Below, piece by piece: positions 26,530 to 40,570 of a stretch of 64,000 nucleotides of DNA (positions are counted from its first letter, which is position 1; every line of letters begins with the position of its first letter). The notes below the pieces were generated by a model, which was not told the DNA's origin, searched no databases, and was given only the letters and a program-made list of their open reading frames with translations. This DNA comes from Vicugna vicugna (taxonomy: Eukaryota). The stretch spans positions 4,758,793-4,822,792 of the forward strand of contig MU058423.1 in assembly GCA_013265495.1 (NCBI GenBank), read 5' to 3'. The translations under genes were made by a program, and so were the position numbers.

Positions 26530-27215
26530 TGAGGGCTCTAGAGTTGGACAGCCTGGATCCAAACCTATATCCTCAAATCTATTTGTTACTTATTTGTTCC
26601 TTAGTTTGCTTTGTCTGTGGAATGAAACTAATTATAGTACAGTGAGCGAAAAATACTGCAAACCGTATCAGTAAACAAAGAATGCTGAAGCCATTAAGTC
26701 AGCAGCGGCTGCCCCCCGCCCCCCAGCAGAGAAGAGAAGCCTGCAGCCCGGCCTGTGCAGCCACTCACTATGGTGCACCCTGAGGGGACTCAGAATAAGA
26801 AAAGACAGGATACTGGCCCTAGATGGCTAGATGCTTGTCAAAGGAATGAATTCAATGAGCCCAAATGTTTGCTCCCTCCCATGCATAGAAAAGCACTACA
26901 TTCTTTAACTTGAGATGCCTGGTTTTCTTTAGCTAACAAGTAATCTTTTATTGTTCCAACTACCTGGTCTTTGTTGTAAAGCTCCTGTATATCCTAGCTC
27001 CTCCCCTGCCTCTTCAGAGCAGTCCCTCAGAGCGACCTGAGAGGCTGTCATCCCGGCTCGGATCCTCCCGCCAAATAACACATAACTCTCAACATTTAGG
27101 CTGTGCGTTGTTTCAGTTGACAGTACTTAACCTTATGGGGTTTGGGTTGGAATTAAACGGGTTAATAAATGTAATGCCCTGAGATCAGTGCCTGGTACTG
27201 TGTAAGAACAGAGAT
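26530..27215 (+). mobile_element. MIR split by an LTR insertion
   Basis: MIR 5' half ends at attatagtac (26640) and resumes at ttaaccttatggggttt...cagtgcctggtac after the LTR. Confidence 0.75.
26641..27122 (+). mobile_element. ERV1-class solo LTR (482 bp)
   Basis: 4-bp TSD gtac (26637-26640 and 27123-27126), CA 3' end, 5' TG mutated to AG; related to the fragment at 28078. Confidence 0.8.
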
Positions 27216-27254
27216 GTCAGTAGTGGAAGTAGCTGTGGGAACAGTAATAGAAGT

Positions 27255-27536
27255 TGTATTACTTTGCTTGGGCTGTCACAACCGTGTACCACAGACTAGG
27301 TGGCTTAAACAACAGAAATTTACCGTCACAACTTGGAGGCCTGAACTCCAAAATCAAGGTGCCAGCAGCCATGCTCCTTCCTTCCCTATTCCGGCTTCTG
27401 GTGGTTCTGGGTGTTCCTTGGCATGTGCCAGCGCAACTTCACGTCTGCCTCTGTCTTTTCCTGGCCTCCTTCCCTGCGTCTCAGTGTCTCAAATCTCCCT
27501 CTCCTTTCTCTCGTAAGGACAACAGCCACTAGATAG
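27255..27536 (-). mobile_element. MaLR LTR fragment (MLT1)
   Basis: tgtattactttg...ggtggcttaaacaacagaaattta...aaatcaaggtgccagcag. Confidence 0.85.
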
Positions 27537-28077
27537 GTGTTTTCACACCTGGATTATTTAAAGTATTCCACCTTTTAATCTCAGTGATAGGTTTAGATGG
27601 GTTGGTAATTCTGTTTTGGTCAAACAAGTCTTTCCTGCAGTTTTGAGACGTTTCTGCTATAGTGATTTATTACTAGTCTCATGTACCAGGAGTTGGTTGA
27701 GGCCATTATACCCAATCACATTGAAGAAGCTATTTGCTTTCCAATGCAATGAAGGCAGCTTACAAAAAGAAGCACAGCTTTGGCAATGGGAAAGCTGGGA
27801 GGGAGAGGGGAAGGGGAGGATGAAGGGAGGGAGGGAAAGAAATAGAAATGCTTTCTCTTTGTGGTTGAAACAGAGTTTATCTGTTCCTCACTTACAGTAA
27901 GTATTTGTCACCTTGTACTGTTGTATTATGGGCACTGCCTGCGTGTATTCTCTCTTTGATTGAAAGAAAGATTGAAGATTCATTGAAGATATGGTCTGTA
28001 TAGGATTGATCTTTGTAACCTCTCACAGTTTCCGTCCCATTCCTTTAGGAACTCAATAGACGTTTGTTGAACGAATG

Positions 28078-28250
28078 GTGTGAATGAAAAATATTGCAGC
28101 CATATTGGTAAACAAAGGATGCTGTGTTCATCAAGTCATCGGCCGTTATCACCACCCCAGACAGTGCATAGAGGGAACTCAGGATTCAGATAAGCAGCCA
28201 CCCCCAGTGGTGCACCTTGAGGGAACGCAGGCTGGGAAAGAACAGAGAAC
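28078..28250 (+). mobile_element. 5' fragment of an LTR related to 26641-27122
   Basis: tgtgaatgaaaaatattgcagccatattggtaaacaaaggatgctg aligns with agtgagcgaaaaatactgcaaaccgtatcagtaaacaaagaatgctg. Confidence 0.75.
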
Positions 28251-28379
28251 AAGGAGGAACATTTTGGTCAGGATTTATAAGAAATGGCCTAATGATAGAG
28301 GAGGAGTGCTTGAATTTGAGCTCTGAGGAATGGGATATAATTTCTATATCTAGAAAAGTATCAGGAAGATGCTTAAAAT

Positions 28380-28935
28380 GCATAAATCAGCTTATGCAAA
28401 TTCCCAGTTCAAAACTCTACAGTAGCTTCTCTTTATGCTTGGAATAAAAATCCAAACTTCTGACTCTTTCTTAAGAAGCCCGTCTTGACCTGACGTTTGC
28501 CTCCTGGTCTGGGCTTTTCTCAGGCCTCATCATCAGCTTTTCCAGAGCCTCCTTTCGATCCCTACACCCTCTCAACTCCCATCTGGCTACTCACACTGGT
28601 TTCTTTGATACACTCTCCTGACCTTCTCCTGACTGCCTCTTTTCTCTCATTCAGATTTCAGAGAGGCCACACATCAAAAGCAGCTTCCTCGTCACTTCCA
28701 CCTAGAAAGCTATTTTAATTTTAAATGTTAACACTTGGCACTATTTGACATTTTCTTGTTAGTTTGTTTACTTGAATGTGTTTGTCTTTTACTTTCCCCC
28801 GCTTGATTTCAGTGGAATGTCAAATATCCCAGAAGCTAGAGTAAAGGCTGTCTTCTTGTTGGCTGCATTGCCCCGCCCCCCCCATCTCTGGCAATCACAA
28901 GCCCTCAGTAGATAACTTCTGAATGAATGAGTGAG
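28380..28935 (+). mobile_element. L2 3' end
   Basis: aataaaaatccaaacttctga and terminal tgaatgaatgagtga. Confidence 0.7.
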
Positions 28936-31900
28936 AGGATAGGAGCTTGAAGTGATTGTGGACTGGCAGGGCCCGCAATAATTGAACTTAAGCTCGGACG
29001 TAACAGAATAAATATTTGAAAGTAGTTGGCTAGAGTACAAAGTGCATTAAGGACAGCAGGATGTAAAACAGGCCATTCTGATACGGCCATTTTGATGCTC
29101 TTCAGTTTTGTTTTTTGTGTGTGGTTTTTGTTTTTGTTTTGATGTGTTTGCATCAAAATGGTTCCGGCAAAATAAATGAAACAGTGACAAAAATATCACA
29201 GGGCAAGTGTGTTCAGAGGCTTTTCTTCTCTTATGACTGCAAAGGGTGTTCCTTCTCCATCTTGTTGTGCTGACCAGATGCTGGTGGTTACCTCCCATTA
29301 GAGAGACATTGCCAGCAACTCTATTGCCAATAGAGAAGAACTGGAGGAAACAAAAGGTGTGACTGATGTACACACGAAACAAGAAAATTTATCTGCAGGG
29401 CAAGGAGTCAGGGAAGGGGAGCTGATGTTCAGAGAGAGGAATGAGGCTTAAGGAGTAGCTGCTGTCCTGCAAAGAGGATTTTTGAGGCATTAGATGGGTA
29501 AACAGCACTGGTGAGGGCTTTGGAGGGCTTTGTGCCATGTTCCCCACCTACTTCACCACCTTTTCAAAGTACTTCGGGAGAGAATTGTAGGATTTTTTTT
29601 CAAGGCTGCTGCAGTTGAATATGTTTCTTCTATGTGTGACAAGGCCAAGATGAGCCTCTAGAGTGGGGGTTTTAAAACACAGATTCATTTGGGCTACATG
29701 TGTTTGTTTTTATTAGTAAGTCAAGCTGCAAAACATCTCTGATCCTGACATACTTCCTAACCCCCATTCTTGACACTCAGTGAGCATTGCTTTTTTTACA
29801 ACAAGAAAACAACCAACACCAGATTAGCAGTTAAAGAGTTTAACACCAGATGCATTTTCATTATTATAAAAATATTTAACAAAATAAAATACAATGTGTG
29901 TAATCCATTGGTTATTAAAATAAGAGAAATATCGTTGAGAATTTTCTGTGCAATTTGATAGAAAGATAAGGAATCATATTATGACCCAACTTTCTGTCCT
30001 ATTTCCCCATAAATCCACCTTTTTCAAATAAGTATTATCAATTAAGTCACATTGCCAAATCAGAAAACTTACCAAAAATAATTTCATAATTTTGTGCAAA
30101 TTTCATATATAATTTCATATGTAGTGTCACTATTAGGCTATTTGGTCTAACTATTTCCATTGTGAAAATGCTATTTTTAGGTGAGAAATCAAAAGCAGGA
30201 GGTACATGTTAATATGTAGAGAATAAGCAAACCCTTAGCTTATGTTGATTAATGGTTTTTCCTGAGAAAAACAAATACAGTGACATGACTTCTGATGTGT
30301 TCTGTTGACTACATGTTCCTCACAAACCATTTCATTCTTCAGTTCACTTCTTGCCTTACACATCCCTGGCCTTTGTGCTATTCTATTCTCCACCTTAGGT
30401 TGATCATAAAGTGGTGGCAGTTATAGATGGAGTGAGGCTGAAGGAGAAGTTAAAAATATGTATTTTCCAGAATTGAAATAGTTGAAAGTTTGGAGTTTTT
30501 TACTTGTTTATTTCAAAATAACTCATGTCAAAGACAGTTAAAATGGTCTTCTTGTTGGGTTCTCTTTGGTGTCAATAAACAGCTGGATCAAAGTAGCCTC
30601 TGAAAATGCCATGTTCCCAGGGGGAAGGGGGGAGAAAGTTCATAAGGGATCAGGATTAGATTTTAAAGATACATTTGTGTTAGATTCTGGAGGATTAAGT
30701 GAAAAATTTGTACACTTGGCCTTGATTTTGTAAGACATAGGAAAGTAGAAAATTTTCCTATCAATCCAAGAGTGATAGAAATGAAGTTGCATTTTTATTG
30801 CTGTATTTGGTAGACTGATTTTCAAAGTTAGTTTCTTGAATATTAAAAACCTTACTTCAAAAAGAATAAAAGCAAATAAATAAGAAAGCACTTCCTCAGT
30901 CACATCATTTTGGGAAATACTGTGTTAAAGCTAAGGGTGTATCAAAGCTCAGGACCTCCAGAGCCTTCAGGGGCTGCTGCTGTCCCACATAAATGCCCCA
31001 AGGGGGAGAGTAGACAGTGTTTCCTCAGCTTGAGGGACTAGGGGTCTGAGAACACGCTGGACTACAGAATGCAAATGTTTCTGAAGGTAAACAGACTGCA
31101 AGCAGAGGGAATGGTAAAAGGGTGATCTAAATAGTAGAGGGAGGGTAATAATATCCTGCCTCAAATGTGGCAGAATGACAGACTGGGAAAGAAATCCTCA
31201 ATCCTGTGGTATGTAAGAAATGTTCCAAAAATTTGGAATAAAATAGACATCCTTGAGATTTTAACTATCCCTTATACAAGCCTATATGTCTAAATTCTTA
31301 ATTTTGTATTAACCTATATTTCTGCCAGTTGAAAATTTCTGTCTTTAATTAAATGTGGCAAATACGAGACTCATTGCGGCTTGCTCTACCTACTCTCTTC
31401 CTGTAGAATTTATTCATCTCATGCCTCAATCTCTCAGGCTCTAATACATCCGCTTCATCTTTGAGTCCACTTCCTCGTCACCTGAAAATTCACCAAAGAC
31501 CTGTCCCTTTTACCTTCTAATTGCTGCTCATCTCTGTCCACCTCTTCATCTCTTCTGACTTTTCTTCAAATTCTATTTCCAAAATTATTTTCTTAGAAAC
31601 AAGTCTCGTGGCATTGCCTCTTCTCTGTGCTTGAAATGCTGTACTTCCCTGTCGCCTAGAGGATGGAGCTGCCCTTCTGGGTGGGGGTTCCCTGGTCTGG
31701 ACCAGACTCCACCAGTGCTGTCCTTCCTCACCCGAGCTGAGGCTGCTCCCTGACACGACACAAGCGTTAAATCTCTGCGTCCCTGGCGCGCTCAGTCTCC
31801 ACCGGAACTGTCCTCCTCTCTCTTCTCTACTTGGCAAAAGCTTGCTCATTCTTTAAAATTGTTTGCTCCCTCTTTGAAATCAGTTATGAAGATATTATGT

Positions 31901-34900
31901 GTATCTGTCCTGTCACCATCCCTCCCGTACTTCAATGTCACCATTTATATAGATAAAGAAAAACAATTCGGTCCTACTGTTGTTTCCTGTGTTGAGGTCA
32001 ATTTTCTCTTCATGAGTAAGCATTTTCTCTAATCTTCTGGTGAATTTGTTGGTCTGGAACCTTCCCAAGACGTTCTAAAGGTTAAAATAAATCATTCTCA
32101 TTGGCCCCTTATTCTTCAAAATATAAATACCACTTAGCTACATTTAATTCAATTTTTTGGCCTGTCTTCCTTTCTATAAACAACCAAAAACTGCTTATCT
32201 CATTACTAGTATTTACCATATCATTTACTAATTTTCAACTCTGTATCAGCAAACAATTCCAAGGTCACTTTCTAAGTTTTTTTTAAAAAAATGAGATGGC
32301 AGTGTGCCAATGGTTTGGTGCAGTGTCCAATTCTAATGAAAGATTAAACATTTTAGCCAGCAATCCCAGTGTCCTCTGACTGCTTTAAAAACATTTGGTT
32401 GGATGCCACCTGTTCTTGGTGATTTATTTATGCCTTGTTTGTCAATTTTTTTTTTCTGAAGTATCCTCTCGACTTACTGATTTTTTGTTCAGTTCCTCTG
32501 GCATGCACTGTGAAAGTCAGTATAATTGTGTTAAACAGCTAACCTGTGCCCAGCATAGTACTGGGTGATACGAGAAATACAAAACACCTGAGATGCGCAT
32601 CTCTTCTCTAAGAGCTTGATTTTAGTTGGGGTGAAAAGCAAAAACAAAATATGGAGAACATGTAACTCAAATGACCCAGGTGCTATTAGCTGCAGGCACA
32701 AAATGCATTAAGCTCCAGATTTTAATGTCTCTTTGGCTCCTTCCAGCAACCTTTTCCACTTCCCTGCCAAGCCCTTCTATTGTTCTGGAATTTCTAAGAG
32801 TTTTTTTCAAGAAAAATCTAGTCATATTCTTTTGTGTTAGCATTCTCTTGGGTGTTTATTGCCCAAAAGTGTTTTGAGAGAGAAATTTCACCAAAGCCAC
32901 TCCTGTCAGTGGTCTTAAGATTTTTGCCTCTTTGCCAGGCATCTCTGGCACTACTGATAACTTCTTGTCTGCTCTTCACTCTGGCTTCATGCTGCCATTT
33001 TGGTAGGAAGATTGGAAGAATTTTATTCTTCCTAACTCTCTGTTCCCGGTGCCCTGAAATGTGACTGACTGCATATTTAATCTCTCATTTTCCTTTGTCA
33101 AAATGATCTCTCGTCTTCTGCTTTGCATCTCTGTTTCAGAACTTGAAGTGGCTGGATGATAGATTTCATTTTCTGTTTTCTCAATTTGATTTCCTCCGCC
33201 TCTGGTCACCATGATCCATCCTCTTTCTTCCTCTTGCAACCAAAAGTAAATTTTCTCAATCATATAGATTTGTGCAAAGAAATGCTGGGAGCTGTTGCTG
33301 GTCCTACACATCCAATCTTCATTTGCTGCCTACCAGTAAACCCCACAATGCATCTTAATTAATCCTCACAGCAACCCTATAGGATAAATACCATCATTTA
33401 TGTTTTACAGTGGAGTGTACTTAAGTTTAAAGAAAACTAGCTTAAGGGTACATAACTTGAAAGCTTCCATGGCTAGAAAATGTTGGCAGCCTATTCCATA
33501 AGTGGGAAACTGGATTCACATTCCATACACACACACGTATATATATGTGTGTGTATATATATTATATATATATAATATTTTGATTACAGAGAAACCAAAA
33601 AAAGTGAACTTAAGACATGATAAAACTTCAGTTAAATTCACCGTGGCTGATTGGTCCCTCCCTTGAGATCTCTTCTTCTTTTTTTTTTTTTTTAACTCTA
33701 ATGTAACCCTCTAAGCCAAATTTGAAATCAATAAACAATAAAGCCACTGCTCAAATCAGACATTATCTGCTTCAGAGCTTGTCATGTCTCAGTTTCTGAC
33801 TGGCAAGTGAATCACAGCCAAGTACTTATTAGACAGTTAGGCTCCCTTCCTGTACAGTCTTCAATTATCTTTGTTACAGTACAGCACCGAACATTTGCTT
33901 GATGAAGTAGGGCTGATTTGCTTATTGTATGTCTCTGCATTCCCGTTAATCTCTCCAATCCTGCAATTTGTATTGGTTTTCTAGTTATTAGTGTGAATTC
34001 ATGAGCGCATGCTTTATTATTAGTGCTGTCTCCTGGCAGCACCTAACCCTTTGGAACGTGCGGAAAACGTGACAAATCTCCCAGTCCCGAAGCCGTTGCA
34101 GGCTGAGTGTGAATGGCTACATGACTGCAAACAGGCACGAGTGCTGATGCTTTAACTGGTGGAGCTGAAAAGTGAATAGGAATCTATTAACATTCTTAGT
34201 CATTGAAACAGTCATCTCCTCCTTCTCATCTCTGCGGCTTAATTGTAGTTTAAAAATGTATTTTTATGTGCTTGTGGACTGTCACTTCATTTAAGTCCTC
34301 TGGCCTGTTGGCAGTACATCTGTTCCGTGGTGATGCCAGACTGGGGCTCATGTTACTGTAGGACTTTCATTGGACGGCCGCTGAGCCTTCTAACAAAGAA
34401 TTCCCTGCTAGGTGACGCACATGAACGCTCCAGCTTATAATTAAATACTGATTAAGAAATGTTCTTATTATGTCTCTTCAGAAGATCCCAAATATCAAAA
34501 TGTTGTCTTCCTGGACTTTGGGGATAACCTGTCTTTTCCATTCATTGGACTTTTCTAAGCCTCTTCACATGGTACCCGACTAAGGGCACATCTAGGTAGG
34601 GATCTTGACCTCAATTGACTACTATTTCAAAGAAAAAGGAAACATCAAGAAATTTCAGAGGTTTTCGAATCAATTACTCTTCTTCTCAGCAGTGTATTAT
34701 TTCCACAGGACAGTAGAATTTTCACTTGAAGGCTTGAAAAATGTAAATTTAACACAGGATACAGGGATTCACACACAGCATATGAAGTTGTAATATGTGA
34801 GCAATAATATGGCAAGATTATTGGAAATAATTTTTTGGGCAGAATTGAAAAGTTTTGCTAAAGAGTGGATTTTGAGAAGGGGAAAAATGGAGAAAATGAA

Positions 34901-36613
34901 ATGTTCTTCAGAGGGAGATGGTAATGATCAAAGTATTTGTGTTTTTTGCACATGGGAAGTGCCTTTGTGTTTAGTCTCTGAAACACACAGCCCAATTCTT
35001 TCTAGGTAAACATCCTGAAGTAAGGGAAACATATACTCTTCACTTTATCTTTCTTGTACTTTGTTAACTGATCATTTATGATCTTGCATATTTTTGGTGT
35101 TGACTGTAAGACCTTTCAGATGCCAGTGAAAAGTGACCATTTCTCCATTTCTGATCGAGACTTATTCTATTCAGTATTGTGCAAAGATGCCTTGGGAGGT
35201 AAAGTAAATGAATAATGATGTTTTACGACTGCAATTATTCCTTGGCTGATTATTCATTACTCACAGTGTGAACTCTGAGTAAAATTTACATCCTCTTCCT
35301 ATAGTTAAATGTGATTATCAATTTAGAATTATACTTTCTGCCGGATGTAAAGTAAGCATGCCTCATTTCCAATATCGAATTGTCTTTGAGTGAGTGATCG
35401 TATGTCTTTACTAAGCCTTTTCTATTAATTACTAATGTTTTCAGTCTTGTGGAGTACCATAAATCTTACTCATTAAGTGAAAAATCATGGCTCATTCTGA
35501 AGCATTAAATGAAAACTGATGACTAAATCTAATGCAATTCATGATACTATCTTTCTAAATCCCATGTTTGCCCCAGTCTCCATGAAACCAGTTGTATTTA
35601 TATGCTTGGTTCAGATTTGTGCTTTAGCCTTTATCCTAGTTTATTCTTTACCAAATAGTTCTACGTGTGTACCTTGAAGTCTTCCAAAAGATTTTAAAGC
35701 AGCTTTCTTTATGGGGTTCGCTATGGCTTGATCTTTCTCAGAATACTTTTCAAATCTTTATTCTTAGGAAAATCTCAATAGCTTGATTTTTTACTTTCTT
35801 TTCAAAGATTTTGAATGGATTTTTCATTTATTTGTTTTAAATGCCAAAACATCTTCATGTTTGGCCAAAGACAATGCTTATGTAAGACATTCATTGCAAA
35901 CACAAGGGATCATTTTAGTTACATTTACCCTTTTCTTCATTTTTTTCTATTACAAGTAGATGATGTTCTGACATATTTTTGGTGCTATTTCTACTTATTT
36001 CTTTGGGATAAATGTTTTGAAGTTGTATCATCAGGAAAATGTTCTCATTTAGGCAAATTTTTATCTTTGCCTAAATTTGATATTTTAATAATAAGTGTAT
36101 GGAATTAAGTTTTGCATATATTTATTGATCACTGATATTTCTTCAGTTATGAATTGCCTGTTTACTGATACTTTGTCCAGTATTTATTGACATTTTTATC
36201 TTATTGATTGGTAAGAGAGAATAATCACTTTATGATATTAACCCCTTAAAATATTCTTGTATACACATTTGCTCAACTCTATTAATCTTTTCTTTATAAT
36301 TCCTTTCTTTTAAACCAATAACGTTTATTACTGTCAAATTAATATTTACCTGTAATTTTTATGTTTTTTTGACTTTCCCCTTCTTACCACTTTAATAAAT
36401 TTGTGATTTGTTTTGTTTCTCACAAAAGTGATCTATTGCACCACACTCTTGCTTTCACCATTGGCCTCATGTTTAGTATGCAGTTAGAGTTGTCTTTCAG
36501 AACGTTTGATTAATTTATCCTTTTCCTTGTAATTCTCATTTTCTTCTTCTGTCACTCGCAGCTTTGCTGCTCGGACACCAACTGGTCCCCAGAAGAAGTC
36601 AGAGGTGCCTTGG

Positions 36614-37067
36614 GGTGATAGGCAGAACAGTGGCTCACAAAAGATGCCCATGCCTTCCACTCTGGAGCATGAGAATAGGTTACACTACATGGCAACAAGA
36701 ACTTGGGAGATGGAATTAAGGTCTCGGACCTAAGACAGGGAGACTGCCTTGAGTTGCCTGTGTGAGCCCAGTGTAATCAGATGGGAGCCATGAGACAAAG
36801 AATTATGGGTCTTTATAAGTTGGAAAGAGTCCTCCCCTGACAGCAAGCAAGGAAATGGAGACTTTCGTCTGACAACCGCCAGGAACCGAGTTCTGCCAAC
36901 AACAGAGTGAGCAAGGACATGGGGTCTCCCCTAGTGACAGGAAGGAACGCAGCCTAGCCATACTTTAACTTCAGCCCAGGGAGACCCATACCAGACCCCT
37001 AACCTACAGTTCCATAGACAAATAAGTTTGTGGTGATTTGTTACTGGAGAATTAAGAAATTAATACA
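36614..37067 (+). mobile_element. MaLR solo LTR (MLT1D-like)
   Basis: gtgataggcagaa start, ttacactacatggcaa, ttctgccaacaac, ends gaaattaataca. Confidence 0.85.
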
Positions 37068-37269
37068 CAAGGCCTTATGGGCTCTGATACTAGCCATAAC
37101 TCTTGACTCAATCCCTTAACAGTCGATGTACTGCAGAGCTGCATGTACCACCTCCCTCACGCGACTGTTGTGAGTCAGAAAGTAGGTCCCATAATGATAG
37201 TAGTAACAGTAATGACAACAATATGGTAATAATATTTTAACAACATAATAATATGGGTGCCTACGCATA

Positions 37270-37575
37270 TTTTAAAAATAATGATAAGGCAACACTTATT
37301 GAATGTCTACCATGTGCTAGATAATTTTCTAAGCACCTAAAAGGTATTACTTCTTTTAATCTTTATAATATATCTCTGTTAGATAGTGTTGTTATAACCC
37401 AAGATGCCTTTTTTTTTCTTATAGGTGAATGGCAGTTACTTAAAATAAAGAGAGACAGAGGAACAGAGAGGGTGAGTAACTTACCTAAAGTCATACACAC
37501 AGTCAGAGAGTGCTGGAGTCAGTACGTTCAAGCTGGATTTTATGACCTGGAGCCTGCGTGCTCAGTTACCTTGCT
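37270..37575 (-). mobile_element. MIR remnant
   Basis: aacacttattgaatgtctaccatgtgctag and gagggtgagtaacttacctaaagtcatacac. Confidence 0.7.
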
Positions 37576-39540
37576 GCAGCTGGTCTGTTACTGTTGCTGT
37601 TGTAATAGTAACCGTTACACAACAGCTGCTCAATTATCACTTTTTGTTATTACTACTATATTATTACTATCATCCCAATGCCAGTAAAATGTCCGCAGAT
37701 GATACAAAGGTAGAAGTGGGAAGATTTACATATGGAGTTTTGACTTGGAACAAAGATTATCTTTGAGCCTGCTGGGTGGTTTGATCAAGGGGCCAGTTCA
37801 GCTAAACAGAGCCTTTAGACTGGGGCTAGGAGCTGGCAATTCATCCTGGAGTCAGGTGACCTGCCTTTAAGTACCAGTGATTATTAAACTGATCTGTGAA
37901 TTTTGAATAGTCTGTTTAATTTCCATGTTCTGGTCGCATGACTGATCTCCCTTACTGCCTTTTAACATATGAATTAAATTAGATCAATAGTCATCATAAC
38001 TTTAAAAATATGAGCTAGATTATTCACATACAAAGTTTTATATCAGTATAACATTTTTTTTTAGACTTAATTTGGAAAAGGATGGAAAAATGAATTGCTG
38101 GATTTTTCACTTATGTCCAGAGGGTCTATATGTTTTGTTCATCAGCGTAGTTGCTTTTGCAACACATTTCCTTTGTTTTTCACAGTGTTTAGCCATGGGA
38201 CTGTGGCTGACAAAGCAGAAGTGTGTGTGAGAAGTGAGACAGTGAGAACAGTGACCAGCTGTTCAATCTGATGATACCACTGAAATGAATAAATCTATCT
38301 TCCTGTGGGAGACAAAAAGTACCTTGCCGTACAGCAGCAGTGTGTGCAGGGAGGACGCACTCAGAGACAGGGCTGAAAGCCACAGATGAATTCGCAGTCA
38401 GAGGAGCCCCTGCACCCTACGACGTAAATGCTGTACCAGGTTGGCCTTTAGCATTCCACAGATGGGGCCTGCATTCCACTTCCTGAAAGGGAGCAATCAC
38501 ATTTTTCCCCCAGTCGGAACAAAAAAGATAATTGGGAGCCCTGGGTGGAGGGAGGAGGGTTGAGGAGTGGGTGGGCGGGAATTGTTCCAGGCAGTCCTGG
38601 AAGTTCCACAAATCTAGGCCAAAGGGAGCAACTTTCATCACCCCCATATCCTCCTCACCTTGCTCCATGCTCTTCTGGCTTTTCAATGAGCATTTCATTT
38701 CTTTGGTAAACAATTCACTCTGCCTCTGATTTATATTTATAGCTCGCACTTATGTTCAGTCACAGGCCGTGGTAACTCAGCAAAAGTTCTAGCTTGGTCT
38801 CCTGGCTTCACTTTACCAACTCATTCTTCACCCAGACACCAGTGGGATGTCTCAAGACCAAGTCTGATGGTGACCTTCTTGCTTGCCCTCAAGCCAAAAC
38901 CAAACTCAAAATCAAAGCCTCTGAATATCAGTTACTTTACTGTGGGGAGAAATTCCACGTCCCTCAATACATCCTCAGAAGTCTTTATTCCCAGAGTACC
39001 TCTCCCTTAACTTCTCCAGGCTCACACTTTGTGGAGAACTCAGCTCCTCCAGCCACCATGGACGAGGCTCGGTCTTCGGCGCTGTTTCCTGCTTGCTCTT
39101 GTTTCCAGTTTGCTCTTGTTTCCAATTTGCCCTTGTTTCCATGTTTGCCTTAGGCCTTTCATTCTCCTACCACCAAATATTGGCCTTAACCTGAAATTGC
39201 CTTGTCATCCCTCCAGTCCTCAGTTTACGGGTTTCCTAGACACTCGGAGGGATTTAAGATTCTGTTCCAGTAATGCCCTGTGTCTCCCTCGGTTAGCTCT
39301 TAGCAGCAGTGAATAGCATCTGGCCACTTTGTGAATCTCCCAGGGGCTGCCAGTTCCCTGGGAACGTGGTCCGTCCCTTGTGCACTGGCCTGTCTTCATT
39401 GCCCATCACAGCGCCTGTCTACACACTGGATGATGAGCGTCTCTTGGTGTTAAACCTTTCTGCTAACCTGGTACACTCTCACCACCCAGTGTGTGGGGAA
39501 GCATTTGGGCTGGTTAGTTAAATCTAAATCCACAAGATAA

Positions 39541-39571
<31 letters not shown>

Positions 39572-40334
39572 CTAAACGTATGCTTTACGAGGCTTCAAAT
39601 TGCCGTGGTACTATATGTCAAATAATTAAAATCATAAATGAATTATTCTTTTCTCCAGTTCCTTTTCCAGTTTATTATCTATATATCCACATGGGCTGGA
39701 GCCTCAAAACTTTGCACTCTGGTAGAAGCTGTTGCCCTCATGTCACATAATTGCTTTTTTCATAAGCTAAAAATGTATTTTCTTTTCCTTAATAAGCAGA
39801 ATGATAATCCTTTTATGTGTGTATTCATCTGTCTGTCTTTGAATGTTCGTGGTAATTTCATATGCATTATGTTATTTATTCCTCATAATATCATCTTAAG
39901 GCAAATCATACGATTTTTATCTCTATTTTATAAATGACACAACTGGACTCAGTGTGCTTGCAATTTAGCCTGAGTCATCAGACAGTGAGTGACAGACCAG
40001 ATGTGTCTCGTTCGCGATGTACAGTCTAGTTTATTTTCAATTCTGGGTTATTTTGAGACTCCTCTGTTCGAAAACCGAAATAACTCAAGCCATAAACCCC
40101 ATGAGAACAAAGCCCGTATATATTTCCCTCACCACTGTGTTGTCCTTTACTGGGCTTGGCAAAGAGTAGGGACTTAATAATTATTTGTTACATGAATGAA
40201 TGAATGAACCTATTCTGGGAATTCTTTCCATTGCCTTTCAAGCCTTTTATATTTGCAAGTGGCATGCAGAGAAGAGATGGGACCTTCTAAGGTGCCTAAC
40301 GTGAAAAGGGAGGCAGGGCACCGAAGGGAAAAGA

Positions 40335-40570
40335 CGGACTCGGAGATGAATCTTTGTTCCACTGTTTATTAGTTGTGTGATTTTGGACCATTATTTGAAT
40401 TCTAAATCTCAATCCTATCGTCTGGAATTTCCATCGTCTGGCTGGAATGTAAAGACAATTTTACTTGCTTCATAGGGTTTTTGTGGGAGTTAAATGAGAT
40501 AATGTATAAAAAGCATGTACCTCAGGGTGTAGCATTTAGTGGATGCTGGATAAATACTAGTAGTTATTTT
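40335..40570 (+). mobile_element. MIR
   Basis: ttattagttgtgtgattttggac...catagggtttttgtgggagttaaatgagataatgta. Confidence 0.8.

Noticed and set aside
33525..33580. (CA)n-(TA)n-(TG)n self-complementary tract
   Set aside because: Ordinary compound microsatellite.
35005..35020. gtaaacatcc resembling the miR-30 5' end
   Set aside because: No complementary arm and the rest of the mature sequence is absent.
38542..38579. G-quadruplex-like G-runs (also about 27797-27835 and 12701-12720)
   Set aside because: Common in mammalian DNA; the 12.7-kb one belongs to an L1 3'UTR; no supporting context.
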